Assembly: GCF_009914755.1 (NCBI RefSeq)
Contig: NC_060927.1
Reading direction: 5' to 3' (one strand)
From: the human T2T-CHM13v2.0 reference genome, Homo sapiens
DNA: 64,000 nucleotides
The notes beneath the pieces are model-generated. The model was given only the letters and a program-made list of their open reading frames with translations, searched no databases and was not told the DNA's origin. Positions 30,760 through 44,716 of the stretch are shown here, piece after piece. A program made the position numbers and the translations under genes. The first letter of the stretch is position 1; every line of letters begins with the position of its first letter.

Positions 30760-31879
30760 CATCTCTCTACAAACTCTTGGTACTTTGCTCTCTGAAAATC
30801 TTCTATTGCCATCAAACTGAATCTTCACCTTGTATCTGACTAGTGACACTTCTTCTCATAAAAGACTTTCAATAGGACATTTCTCATGTTCCTTCACATT
30901 TAGCATCTTACACAGGTGGAAGGGCTGATGTTTTAATAGCACTTCTTCACCCACTCACACTCATTTTTCTAACTTGAAAACTGGGCATCATGCTAAAGTA
31001 TTTCAATAAACCGCAGATGTCAAATTCTTAACTCTCACAGATTTGTTTTTTTCTCACTTCCTCTGCTCCAGTCTACTTCAGCAACCCACTCCTCTGGTCC
31101 CCAGGACGTAATCGTTTCCAGAACTTTTCTGCATTAAGTATCTTAAACTCCAAGATTCACTCTGACTACCTCTCAACCTTGATATCACTGCTCCTCTAGT
31201 TTCGCCTCTTGAAACACTTAGACAATTCATTGCTCCCTCCTATTCTAGTCACACAACCTTTCCTATGTTAATTTCTTTTGTTATGTAACCTAGATCAAAC
31301 GGCAAGACAACTCCACCGTGCTCTGACCAGAAATTTTCATTTATATGCTCTGTTATTCTCAACCTTCAATGCAACCTCAATGAATGGATCCTGACATCAT
31401 TTGTAAGACACTGGTAAAGACAATGCCAAGGACATACGACCAGCATATTTTGTCCACGGATCATTTTCAACCTCAACTGTTTATTGATCATTACCAATGT
31501 CAATAATAGACTGCTTTTCTCACTGCTAATGAAAATCATCTTTGTTTTTATGAACTTTTGAGCCATCTTCTGCTGTCTCCATAGAAATTGCCATGCCATC
31601 TACTTAACTGAACTAATAAAACCTGTCAAACAGGATATTCCTTGAATTCCCTTGACCCTCCATCTTACTTATATTTATATATCTACATTCTTCCTCCCAA
31701 TCTCAGAGAAAGAGAACTCCATTTACAGCCCACACCTTTCCCTCCCAGCCAGGTCTTCAATCTTGGCGTACACGAGTCCTCCATTACCCTGGTTTGTGAA
31801 TTAAGTTCTCTTTTCTGAAACTCTTTCCGTCTCTCCCCTGAGAAACTCCTACCCTAAAAAACTAAATATCTTTCCATCC
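30760..31879 (+). mobile_element. Old L2 fragment, possibly from the endonuclease region
   Basis: C/T-rich sense-L2 composition; degenerate sequences in the order expected for TETW, GGGV, PTH and SDH motifs. Confidence 0.4.
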
Positions 31880-32386
31880 TGTATCAGTCATGGTTGCAGC
31901 AGAAAACAGATGGTATACTAAAATTAGTTTAACTTGAGTGGAATTTTATAAAGGGGGTATTTACAGAGAGGTGGGGACGATGTAAGGAAAGCAAAAGGGA
32001 GAGTGAAGTACTACAGACCAGTAATTGTGGCACCTTTACCACCTGGCAGTGTGAGGTTAATGTTGAAGATTTGCTGTGGTTACTGGACTAGGAGGCAGAT
32101 AAAGCCCTCTGGAAAGGACGGCCTGACAGTGACTGTGATCTGAGGTTGATAGATTCAGCCACTGGCCCACTCACAGATGTGAAGCGACGGCCATAAACAC
32201 CCAGAACTCATTTCTTACTCACCTTTCTTTCTCCCATCCTACGAGCATCTGCACTGATTTAACTCAACAGGCAGTCAAAAGACAAGGGAGCCAATTGAGT
32301 TAGTATGTCAGCCTTGCAGGGCATAGCGCAGGTAAGAGAAGGCTGGAAGGTGAATGTGGAGATGAACAAGTGAAATATTTATCTTA
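31880..32386 (-). mobile_element. LTR33-like (ERVL) solo LTR
   Basis: tgtatcagtcatggttgcagcagaaaacagatggtatact...tataaagggggtatttacaga...caagggagcc...gtggagatgaacaagtgaaatatt. Confidence 0.7.
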
Positions 32387-32392
32387 TCTTGA

Positions 32393-32837
<445 letters not shown>

Positions 32838-35713
32838 CAGATGTTTCTTTTCTAATATTGTTTTATCATTTTCATCAGGTAGTGAATTATCCCCTTTTGT
32901 ACATTTCTGTAAAAAGCTTTACGTATCTCCAGTATAGGAATTTTTTCATTTTATGGTCCTGCAAATGCCTTTATAGCAAAGACTGTATCTCATGTCTTGA
33001 TACATACTGTATTTATCATTGCTTGGTTCATGTTAGATACTCACTAATTATGTGTTTTATTAATTTTCAGGATGTTTCTCTTTCTATCAGTACTGAGTTC
33101 CCTAATGATAAACTGGTCATCTATATGCCAAATACAGTTTGTCATGAGTAATCCATTTAGGGTACAAATAAATAAGTGGCTATATTTGAAATGAAAATCA
33201 CTTTCTAGAAGGTTTGGTAGTCCCAGTTACTGGTTTTTTTTTTTTATCTTGAGTTGCATAAATTGGAAAGGATGACCTGGAAACAAGGTCACAAAGATAA
33301 CATTGGCATGAAAGACAATTCAAGGAAATTTGTGGGCAGAGGACCACATTGCCATTTTGGTGAAGCAGCTTTTCTTTCTTCAATGCTGTTATTGCAAAAG
33401 CACAGACAGAGAAAGTCATGTGGGGACGCTCAGAATCAAAAGAGACAAATTTACCACTAAAGACACATGCAGAATGTACTAAAATTATGGGTCTTATTTT
33501 TAAGAAAAAAATGTAAAAGAAACAATCTACCACAGTATAATAATTTTGAATTTAAATATATACATTTAATCTACTGTGCATTTTCTCTTCAGTAGTATAT
33601 CTATCAATTCTGTATGCATTGCAATGAAATATTTACCTGTCTCTCCCTTTAATCATCGGAGAAGTCTGCATTCTTATATTAAGAATTGTGCTAGAGTAGG
33701 TTTTGTCACATTGACAATGTGGAATATCATCTTTTGACTTTTAGGAATAGTTTTTTTTCAAATGACTTCATTTTTCACATACTATACGAGCATTCCTGCA
33801 TGACTTACCTTGAAAAAGAGAATAAAATGAACTAAATATACATGCTTTGACATCAGTGGCCTTCCTTCCTGCCAATTTAATGAAAGACTCTACAATAAAC
33901 TTTTCATGGCAATTGTGAGAAAATAACATTTCTTTTTCTTAATAAATCTTGTTTTTCTCTTGCATGCTGAGAGATTTTCAGTAATATTCTCTCTATATAT
34001 CTTTTTTTAGTTATCATTGTTTGCATAGAGGAAAAGAGAGAATAAGGAAAAATTCTACTTAAAAAAATTACAGATAAAAAAACATAGCTGATGTTTTGCT
34101 TTCGTTTTTAATTAAGCCAAATCAAAAGCTATGTCTCCATTCTTCTGTGCTATCATTTTTGCTTTTTGAGATGATAAAGTCACGTTGTTTTTACAAAAAT
34201 ATGAAATTAACTAGTTGTGAGGACACTATTCTCTAGCTGCCAACAGTAATTAAAAATTGGGTTTATTCCCTAACGACGCATTACATTTCACACTTCCCTG
34301 ATTGGAATTTTACTCCCAAGGTGCTCACTGAATGGGAATTTAAAGTTTATTTTTAGGTAGCTTCTTTGTGTTTACACTGTTTTCTTTCATAGAGACAGAT
34401 ATAACTAAATGCCATGGTAGAGAATTTTCCACACTCTGAATTAAGTTGTTAGGTGTGTTGAAATATACCCAAGACAAGCATTATCCCCTTTCTGTAGCCA
34501 CTCACAAACATGTTTGGCATAAAATCTGTTATTCCTTATTCCTTGTTATTCCTTGTATTGTAACTATATTCCCTGTATTTCCTGATGCGGTTATATTGTC
34601 AGGGACTAGAATATTGGAGCAAATAAAATGATAGGGAAGAAATGATCTAGAAAGGGAAACTATGTAGTAGAGAAAGGAGTGAGAGAAAAGCAAGGGAAAG
34701 AATGACAGTTTGAGGTTTTATGAAAGTGTTTTCTGACCAATTAAAAGTTTCTGAATATGTGTAGTTTGTGTGTGGGGAAAGAGAATGCAAGTACAATATA
34801 TCAGGATCAAAAAGAGAAATGGCCTAAGTGATTAGGAATCAAAAGCATATGTAGGTTATTCAAACCAGTGTGCCACAGGGTAGTTTTGAAACCCACTTCT
34901 GAGGCATGCATTGTCATGTCTTCCTTTATATATGTCCATTATTAATATGCTAATATTGGTATTTCCAATATTTATGGTCATCACGTTTTTTAATTTTTAA
35001 TTTTTGTGAGTACATATTAGGTGTATATATTTATGGAGTACAATGAGATATTTTAATATAGGCCTACAATGTATAATAATCACATCAAGGTAAATGAAGT
35101 GTCCATCAACTCAATTACTTATCCTTCCTTTGTGTTATAAACAATCCAATTATAGTCTTCTAGTTATTTTTAAAGGCATGCACAAGAAATTATTGTCTAC
35201 TGTGTCACCCTGTTGTGCTGTCAAATGCTAGGTCTTATTCATTCTATCTAACTATATTTTTGTGCATATTAATTGTACCCATTCCCCCTTCTTGCCCCCC
35301 ACACTACGCTTCCCAGCTTCTAATGAGTTCAGTTGTTTTCATTTTTAGCTCCCCAAAGTATGTGAGAACATGGGACCTTTGCCTGGCTTATTTCCCTTAA
35401 CATAATGACCTCCAGTTCTATTTATGTTGCTGCAAGTGACAGGATCTCATTCTTTTTTACGGCTAAATAGTACTGTCTTGCATATATGCACCATATTTTC
35501 TTTATCTATTCATATGCTGATGGACACTTAGTTTGCTTCCAAATCTTGGCTATTGTGAATAGTGCTGCAATAAACATGGGAGTGCAGATATCTCTGACGT
35601 ATTTCCTTTCTTTTGGGTCTATACCTACCAGTGGGACTGCTGGATAGTATGATAGCTCTATTTTTTAGTTTTTTGAGGAACCTCCATACTGTTCTCCATA
35701 ATGGTTGTACTAA

Positions 35714-36136
<423 letters not shown>

Positions 36137-36354
36137 TAAGGTAAAATGGTATCTCGCTGCAGTTTTAATTTGCATTTTTCTAATGATAGTGATTTTGAGC
36201 ACCTTTTCGTCTACCTGTTTGCCACTTGCATGTCTTCTTTTGATAATTGTCTATTCATATTTTTGCCCATTTTTAAATCCGATTATTAGATTTGTTTCCT
36301 ACAGCGTTGTTTGAGCTCTTTATATATTCTGGTTATTAATTCATTGTCTGATGG

Positions 36355-36681
36355 CTAGATTGCAATTATTTTCTCCCATTCCGCTGGCTGTCTTTTCAGT
36401 TTGTTGACTGTTTCCTTTGCTATGCAGAAATTTTTTGACTTGATATTTACCCATATGTCCATTTTTGCTTTGGTTTCCTGTGTTGTGGATTCTTCCTCAA
36501 GAAATGTTTGCTTAGTCCACTGTCCAAGAGAGTTTTCCCCAAAGTTTTCTTGTAGTAGTTTCATAGCTTTAGGTCTTAGATTTAAGTGTTTAATCCATTT
36601 TCGTTTGATTTTTGTATATGGGGGGAGATAGGACTCTAGTTTCATTCTTCTACATGTGGGTATCCTTTTTTCCCAGCACAA
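36355..36681 (-). pseudogene. LINE-1 ORF2p C-terminal remnant
   Basis: CWEKRIPTCRRMKLESYLPPYTKIKRKWIKHLN...KETVNKLKRQPAEWEKI aligns by eye with L1 ORF2p [33 protein letters not shown]...RQPTEWEKIF. Confidence 0.9.
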
Positions 36682-37583
36682 TTTATTGAAGAGACTGTTC
36701 TTTCCCTAAGGTATGTTTTTTGCACTTTTGTCAAAAATGAGTTCTCTGTAGATGTATGGATTTGCTTCTGGGTTTCTCTGTTCTGTTCCATTGGTCTATG
36801 TGTCTGTTTTTATGCCAGTATTTGATCATTACTTTTATGAAATCTACTTTTTGAGTAGTAATTACTATTCTTTATGCTTTTCCTCTAAAAATGTTTTTCA
36901 GGAAAATATCTATTCATTGCTTTAAGCAATCTAAAGTTATAGAATAAATAATCGTAACTGCTGTTTTATCTGCCTGTAACATAGAGAGCACAGTGCTAAG
37001 CATTCTCCTTCATAGTTATTATCCATTACATTAGCATTAATGACTATGTATCACTATCCCTCATTTAAAAATTATGTAAAAAGAGAAATACACCTTTAAG
37101 TAAAGGACATATAAGAATGTTAGGTTTTGGTTGTCATACATTATTTCTTACCTATGCTTGGTTTTTGTTTGCTTGTCTGTTGTTTATCATTCTGTTTGAT
37201 TCTGAGTATTTCCTTCTGTGGTTCTGAAGCACTGTTCACATCTCCAACATAATGTGCAGCATTTCTTCAAACAATCTAGAGAGTAGCACTGGAATTTAAA
37301 CTAGACATACATGTAAAAAAAAATCATTATTAGAAAGAATGTTTTAAAATAAACTAGATAAATTTTAAATAATTATAAGCAGTTGATTCAGGAGTAAAGA
37401 GGAAAAAAATAACTTAACGACTTAAAATAAGCCTTTAAAAAATAACTTAAAGACTTAAAAATAACTTAAACTTAAGCTCCAATAACTCTTGGAGCTATTG
37501 ACAACTATGAATTTGTAATGAACTTTTCTACCCACTCAGGAGACTAGGATAGTTTCTAAAAGCCATTTGGGTTCTCTTGCCTA

Positions 37584-37737
37584 TTAGGTTGGTGCAAAAA
37601 TAATTGCAGTTTTTGCCATTACTTTTAGTAGCAAAAAAGAATGTTATCCTTCAAGCTAGAAGTAACTCTATTATATCCCGTTTTCTTTATAATTGCTTTT
37701 AATGGCAAAAACTACAATTACTTTTGCACAAACCTAA
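37584..37737. mobile_element. MADE1 (Hsmar1-derived MITE) with internal insertion
   Basis: TIRs ttaggttggtgcaaaaataattgcagtttttgccatt / aatggcaaaaactacaattacttttgcacaaacctaa; TA TSD; 154 bp instead of ~80 bp. Confidence 0.95.
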
Positions 37738-37856
37738 TAGTTTAGTTATGTCTCTTATAACAATATTTTAAAATATTCTTTAATCTTAGGGGTAAGTAAT
37801 TTAAGAAAAACTGAACCCACCCTGTAAAATTGACTATGGTATTTCTGGTAAAACTA

Positions 37857-38261
<405 letters not shown>

Positions 38262-39229
38262 TTATAGTGGTACATATGAATGGTGTCTGTTAGCCATCTT
38301 TCTCGTATTTCCCTGCTAGTGCTTCTCATATTTTCTCCTTTATGCAGTGGACATGTAGATTTGCCAGATCAAAGCCAATGTGTTACATCTGCAAGGACAC
38401 TCACTATTTATATGTGTGGTTGCCCAAAGTTCACTCTTGAACGTACAAGCTCTAGGCCTAGATTAGAGATCACTAACCATATGTTACTCTTGCCTTTTCT
38501 ATTTCTGTTCTTAGTTGCTTTTGCAGGAGATGCAATGATCTTTTGTTACCATTTTCAAATGATCTCTGCAATGCCTTCTATCTTTACAGCAGCATGGAGG
38601 GTGGGAGTCTCCATTCTGTTTCTTTAAAAGAATATCATCTGGCCTCACTGTGTGGTAGACTTTTCTCTCCTACTAAGAAGGGCTTTTCTTTATGTTTGTC
38701 CCCTTTATCTTATTGCATTATATATGCCTTGGGACAGAGTCTTTCCTAAAAACTTGGCTACTTAACAATTTAAAACACAAATCTACATGCAGTCTCTGCA
38801 TATAAGAATGTCATCCTTCAAGCTAGAGGTGAATATTATATCCTCTTTCTTTTTAATTTCTGTGCCTTTCTTGATTATTTCTTTTCAATATACTTTCTTG
38901 CTTTAACTTTTTCTTTCTCCATTTCATCCCATTTTTTAATTACAAATGTATTTACCAGGCTAATATTAGCCTCACTGGTGGCCGGAAAACTAAAAAAAAA
39001 AAATAGTTATGAGTTCTTAGTTGGACGTTACAGTGAGGAACAGAAAAAGTTTTTTAAAATAAGCAAAGTAAAAATACCAATGCCTGGTATAGTTTGTGGT
39101 CTTTTCTTAGTACTTAGTTAAGTGATGATTCCATAATTTCCTTAACCTCCTCTAAATTTTTGAAAATTCAGTTCAATTTCAGTTTCACAAATTTTAAGCA
39201 TGAGTGCCAAGCAGCAAAAAGAGCAGCGT

Positions 39230-39780
39230 ATGATCATCATTTTGTGAGACCTGAGGCAAATTTCTTCACAGTGGTTTCTTCACACATAAAGTAAAGGACA
39301 CTTATGCATACTACAGACTGTTTAGTGAAAATTAAATAAGAAAATATATGATATGTGTAAAGTTAGCTTAGTTCACATCCCAGAATATAACAAGCACTTA
39401 ATACATAGGTAGTTTGGCTTACTTCATTGTGTTTTATAACTGCTTTATGCTATGGGTCTCAAGGGATAAGTGGATAGCACTGTGTTTAAGAATTATCAAA
39501 TGTGCCTGTTTCAGGCTGTAAACTCCTTAGATCTGATGTGTGACCTAGGCATCTACATTTTTTATATCAAGCCCAATAGGTGGCTTTGATGCTAATGAAA
39601 GGACCATGATTAGGAGCAGAGACTTGAGATTTATACATTCCTGAACTCAATCTAGTCTTTGACATTTACTAGCATGTTGCCTAGATTTAGTTATTTAAAC
39701 ATTTTAAGCTGATTTTAGTGGGGATAAATGAAAGATCTACTTAGCATATAGTAAATAATCAGCAAATCACTCAATTATAA
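39230..39780. mobile_element. MIR fragments with a MER5-like piece
   Basis: gtgaaaattaaataaga...atgtgtaaagttagcttag; gacctaggcatctacattttt; atttactagcatgttgcct. Confidence 0.4.
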
Positions 39781-40047
39781 TCTAGTGGGAATATTTTCAC
39801 ATAAACAATTATGTGATGACCTCCCCAGAGTTGACTATAATGCCAAGATAAAAGAAAAAATAATCTTCCAACTTGCAATTATCTACATTATAAATAAATG
39901 CAAATGTAACAACTTTTTCATCCCCTTGTCATTATAAATCCATACTGAATGGAGGAGTTTGTATCAAAAATGTGCTTCTAAAATTATTTTTTAAACTCCT
40001 TCATAATTTTATATACTTATGTTGTTTTCATTATTTTCTTATAAACA

Positions 40048-40082
40048 CAGAGAGAGAGAGAGAGAAAAGAGAGGAAGAGGAA
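40048..40082. repeat. (GA)n purine-rich repeat
   Basis: Read directly. Confidence 0.85.
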
Positions 40083-40090
40083 GGCCAATA

Positions 40091-40307
40091 AATGGTGCAA
40101 TCTCTGCCTCCTCGGTTCAAGCGATTCTCCTGCCTCAGCCTCCCGAGTAGCTGGGATTAGAGGTACCCGCAACCACACCCAGCTTATTTTGTGTTTTTAG
40201 CAGAGATGGGGCTTCTCCATGTTGGTCAGGCTGGTATCGGACTCCTCACCTCAGGTGATCCACCCACCTCGGCCTCCCAAAGTGCTGAGCCCCAACCATA
40301 CCTGGCT
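40091..40307 (-). mobile_element. Partial AluS with deletions, tail missing
   Basis: ggttcaagcgattctcctgcctcagcctcccgagtagctgggatta...acctcaggtgatccacccacctcggcctcccaaagtgctg. Confidence 0.9.
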
Positions 40308-42397
40308 GTAATAAGATTCTTAACACAGGAGAAAACAGATCATGTCCAGTCAGAGAATCTTTTTCTGTGATTTCTAAGATAATGTATTTTTTTTTTTTTT
40401 GGCTTAAGCTGATTATTAGTGAGAAGAGTCTAAGTACCTTAGTTCCTTCTTACAATTCACCCTCCACCTTATAGTTCTAGTAATACAGTTTTAGCTTTTC
40501 CAAATAATTCAAGTATTGCATACATTTTCTTAAAGCTATGGTATACTGATAAAGACAAATGTATTTTACCAGTATTTTAGGACATACAACATACAAACAT
40601 TAATTTTTACTGTCCCCTGCCTTCCTCTTAATCTATCTATATTTTCTTTTTAGTCCCATGTATACTATCTATCTTGAAAGAAAATTACAAAGGCAAGTAG
40701 CAAATAATGAGACCAGTAGGAAAGTGTGTTCCATCTGTAATGTTGCCAGCATCTAGTTAATTTAAATACTGAAAGATAAATCATGCACCTTGTCCTCCAC
40801 ACTCAACATCAAGAAGCGCAGTGAGCTCCTATTACTTGCTACTACTCCTCTTAACTGCGTAGCAATAACAGTGAGGGAGAAAAAGAAAAAACGGCTTCAC
40901 CCAGCAATAGTTTCAGCAGCCAAAAGTTAATACTTCCTTTATACTTAATAAAAAGCAAAGGCTTCAAACCTTAGGCTGATTTCCATAAGACCAAACCTTC
41001 AGGCAGTATGACTGTAGTTCTAACATTCTCAGTTCATTGAAGGTAAAATTCCATGAGTTTTCACAGAATGAGAAATATAAGCACACAAATATTGAGTATT
41101 CTGAGCCTACTAATAAACCTAAAAGGAAGAGAACACTCTGTGCAAAGATTTTGAAAAATATGAAGGATAGATGGCCTCTGTGTAGTTAAAAGAACGTTTT
41201 AGGTTTCCATTCTTTCCAAACATTGACTCTAGATTTGAGAAACTGAAATCACTAAACCTATAAAGACCTTGGGTCAATGCAGATTTCAGGCTCATAAGCT
41301 GATCAGAGAATTAAATATGCCGTACTTGGAAGATCCTCTAAATAATTTATTTGTTCCTTGCCTTTGTTAGCATGTTTGTTTATTTGTTTGTTTTAATCAA
41401 CAAGTCTATCTTTGTTCCACTGCTGCTGTTACCTGCAACTGAAGTGATAGAAACTCATTAATGCAGATTAGCGTCTGAAACTGAGCAACACTTACAGATT
41501 GCAATTCTTGTTTTCATTTTCCAAATATTCTCTTGGGTGAAAAAAAAAAAGCCAAGGGGCTAGTCGCTAGAGGAGAATTAAGCCATCTCAAACAAACAAA
41601 CAATAGGTTTAATCCTGTTTTACTCTGGTGTTTATAAAACAGCAGATTACCCATGGTTGGAATAGATGTTCTGCTACTTTGCATTCTGATTATGGTAGCT
41701 AATGGCAAAAACACAAGCACAGTCCTGAAATTTCATAATAATGCATATTTTAATTCTTTCAGAAACAAAGTGATAAATTTTCACTACATTCAGCACTTTA
41801 ATATCTGCTGAGATGGTATACTTTAGACCCAGAAGAAAGAATATATAAATCAGAATCTATGTCAAGGTGGTCTTTATTACATGAGCATTTTATTACATGA
41901 TGTAAGAAATAATATTACAGGAGTTTGGCATGAAGTCAAACTCATCGCACAATATCAGATTTAAATACAGTATCATATTTTAATCTATTTTTGCCTTTGT
42001 CAAATTGACAGTCATCTTTTTCTTGTAATTAAATATCAGTTTGGACCCTCAGGCCTCTGAGACAAATTGGTTGTATTCTTATATGTTAAACACCGACTTA
42101 ATTCAGTTCAATCTTTTAATTCTTCTTCCTTTAATTACTTAGTCTCTAAAACTAATAACTGGTTTTGTTTCTTTAAACTTATTGTGTAGTCTTGCCAAAG
42201 CAAATTGCTATATCTGATTTCATGTGAACGCCAAGTTGCTTAGCAACTTAAATCTGCCTTATATTTCATCTTTTTGCTTCCTCTTTAATCTCTAAATTTT
42301 TATCAGGGTGTAATTTTAGGCATATATCTATATTTACACAGATTTTTAAAAAATTCGCACAGTGAACAGTTTGTTCTCCATTGAATTTGTAGTTGTG

Positions 42398-42487
42398 TGT
42401 TTGCGTGGAGAGGGGGGCAAAGGACAGAGAGACGGAGTAAGAATAGGAGAAAGACGGAAGTGGGAGTCCGAAGAGGAAACGGAAGTG
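42398..42487. promoter_or_regulatory. Candidate regulatory element: two ETS-like ACGGAAGTG motifs plus XRE core and CpG cluster
   Basis: ACGGAAGTG at 42454-42462 and 42479-42487; TTGCGTG at 42401-42407; 5 CpGs in ~80 bp. Confidence 0.3.
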
Positions 42488-43802
42488 AATGAGAGAATGC
42501 ATTTATAATATCCTATTCTTGTATCTTTCATGCTCTTAAATCGTATGACTTTTCCACCTTTATATGTAGTGCATATGTTCTGTTTTGTCTTCCAGGTACC
42601 AAGGCTCTTCTTTCTAACTTCAAGGAGTGAGGATTTAGTCATCTATACTAGTTCCTGCACAATTTCCTGCATAATTGGCATTCAGGCTCAGAAGACTCTT
42701 AAACCAGATCCAATTCAGAGCCTTGTGTGGTTTTATCCCCAGAGAGAAATTATCCTTTTGGGAGGTTTGTCATCTTTGTCAGGAAGAAAATGGTGTTACT
42801 GTTTCGTACTTTCATTGTGCCGTGGCAGACAGGCAGTGGCTTTTCAGCCAGGTCCATAAGCTAATTGTAGAAATGATGGAAAGTGTCAGAATGTAAAGAA
42901 AAAAAAGTCTTACAGTAAGTGACAGTTGTCACTTTGCTTATTTTCTGCTATTTGCTGTAATAGGCACCAAACTATAAAGGAACATTTGAAGGAGAAAAAA
43001 GGCTTGTTTCACACATGCATAATATTGAACAGAAATGAGCTTTAAATATTGGTGTACATTCCTTCAGAATGTAATTACCCTACATTACCCTATCAGTCAC
43101 TCTTCTTCATCAGGGGCCAAAAATAATTTCTCCAGCGTCTCTCCATTCTTGCGTACCCACTCTCATCAATGCATACTCAGGGGTGTGTTGCTTACAAATC
43201 AGGAAAACAAATGGCAACAAGGAGAGTGAGCGCCCATTAATTTTGTGCTTTCTTTTTGAGAACAACAGCTTCAACCCAGCTATTAGTCGTCTTGAGCATG
43301 AAAGCAGTCTTCAAACTTGAAACAGAATTGTTGGTTTCAACGTTATGTTTTTATTTTTATGTTTTATGTTTTAGACGGGGGCTCACATTTAAATAAGGCT
43401 ATTTCAATGCTTGTTTAGTGAATGCTAAATTAATTATAGTTTCCTTTTATGGAAGTTTGAGGGGTTTTTGACATCCTTATATTTTTTTTCCACTCTGCTT
43501 TTTTCTTTTATTGTGTGTGTGTTTTCATTTCTTTTTAGATGCTCTGCAATAAATGACTAAGACTTTTTTGACCGGGTTTCATTTCTTTTCCATGTCTATC
43601 ATTTGCAAAATTTCAAAGGAACAATTTATTATCCGTTGTTTTTAAAATAAATAGCATTGAAAGTGTCTCTATATGCATTACAGCAGAACAGTTTTGAATA
43701 GCTTAAATGCCAACTAGTTGAATAGCTGCATATGGATATTAGCAGTCTCAGGTCTCTTCCAAACAACTTTCCTGGTGATGTAAGAAAGGTATTATAAAAT
43801 GG

Positions 43803-44375
43803 TGTAGGGAGGAGGCTCAAGATCACCTCTACCATCTTTTTAGTTCTTAGTTGGGATCTTTGGTTGAGTCTAAGAACCAAATTGTCACAGACAGATTAAT
43901 AGGCGGTAAACATACAAATGTTATTCATTTGTACATGCACATAGGGATCCACCACAGAGAGTGAAGACCTGAAGAAATAGACAAAGCAGAAACGTATTAT
44001 ACTTTTTAGACAAAGAAATGGTACTTCCATGAAGAAATGACAACACAAAGGCATTTGAGCTAGGGGTAGTAAATCATGGAGAAGCCCCTGGGAGATATTG
44101 GGTGGGGGGTGAAGCTAGTGGAAGATAAGGGTTATTTTAGTAACTTTATTTGTACAGATCCATTGCAACATCAATTCCAAGTCTTTAGTGATAAGAATTA
44201 TTTTCTCGTCTCATGCAGGGAAGGTGCACTTAAAAGCAATTTTATGGCTTGCTACAGGTAGGAAGGGGCCAGTCAGATACTCCTTTCTGCAACTATTTCT
44301 CATTTTCTTCAGCTTGAAATAATCAATATGCCAAATATGGGTATGTTATAGGGTGCCATGTCCCTAACTCCTTCA
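43803..44375 (-). mobile_element. MER34-type (ERV1/MER4-group) solo LTR
   Basis: TG...CA termini; right end cttcagcttgaaataatcaatatgccaaa...gggtgccatgtccctaactccttca is the reverse complement of the recalled MER34 5' end. Confidence 0.75.
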
Positions 44376-44414
44376 GATGTATGGGCCCGTATATGACCAT
44401 GAACATGTCTGTTA

Positions 44415-44716
44415 GGCCGGGTGCAGGGGCTCATGCCTGTAATCTAAGCTCTTTAAGAGGCTGAGGCATGAGGATCGCTTAAGGCCAGGAGTTTGAGACC
44501 AACATGGGCAACTTCGTAAGGCCCCATCTCTCAAAAAAGTAAAATAAAATAAAATAGAAAACTAGGGATGGTATACTCCTAGCTACTCAGGAGGCTGAGT
44601 TCAGAGGATCTCTTGAGTTCTGGAATTTGAGAGTGCAGTGAACTGTGATTGCCCTACTACACTCAAGTCTGGGTGACAGAGTGAGAGCTTGTCTCAAAAT
44701 AAATAAATAAATAAAA
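44415..44716 (+). mobile_element. AluJ
   Basis: ggccgggtgcag...gaggatcgcttaaggccaggagtttgagacc...(aaat)n tail. Confidence 0.9.

Noticed and set aside
37584-37737. miR-548-type miRNA gene
   Set aside because: MADE1-derived, but the insertion enlarges the loop to ~80 nt and there is no expression evidence.
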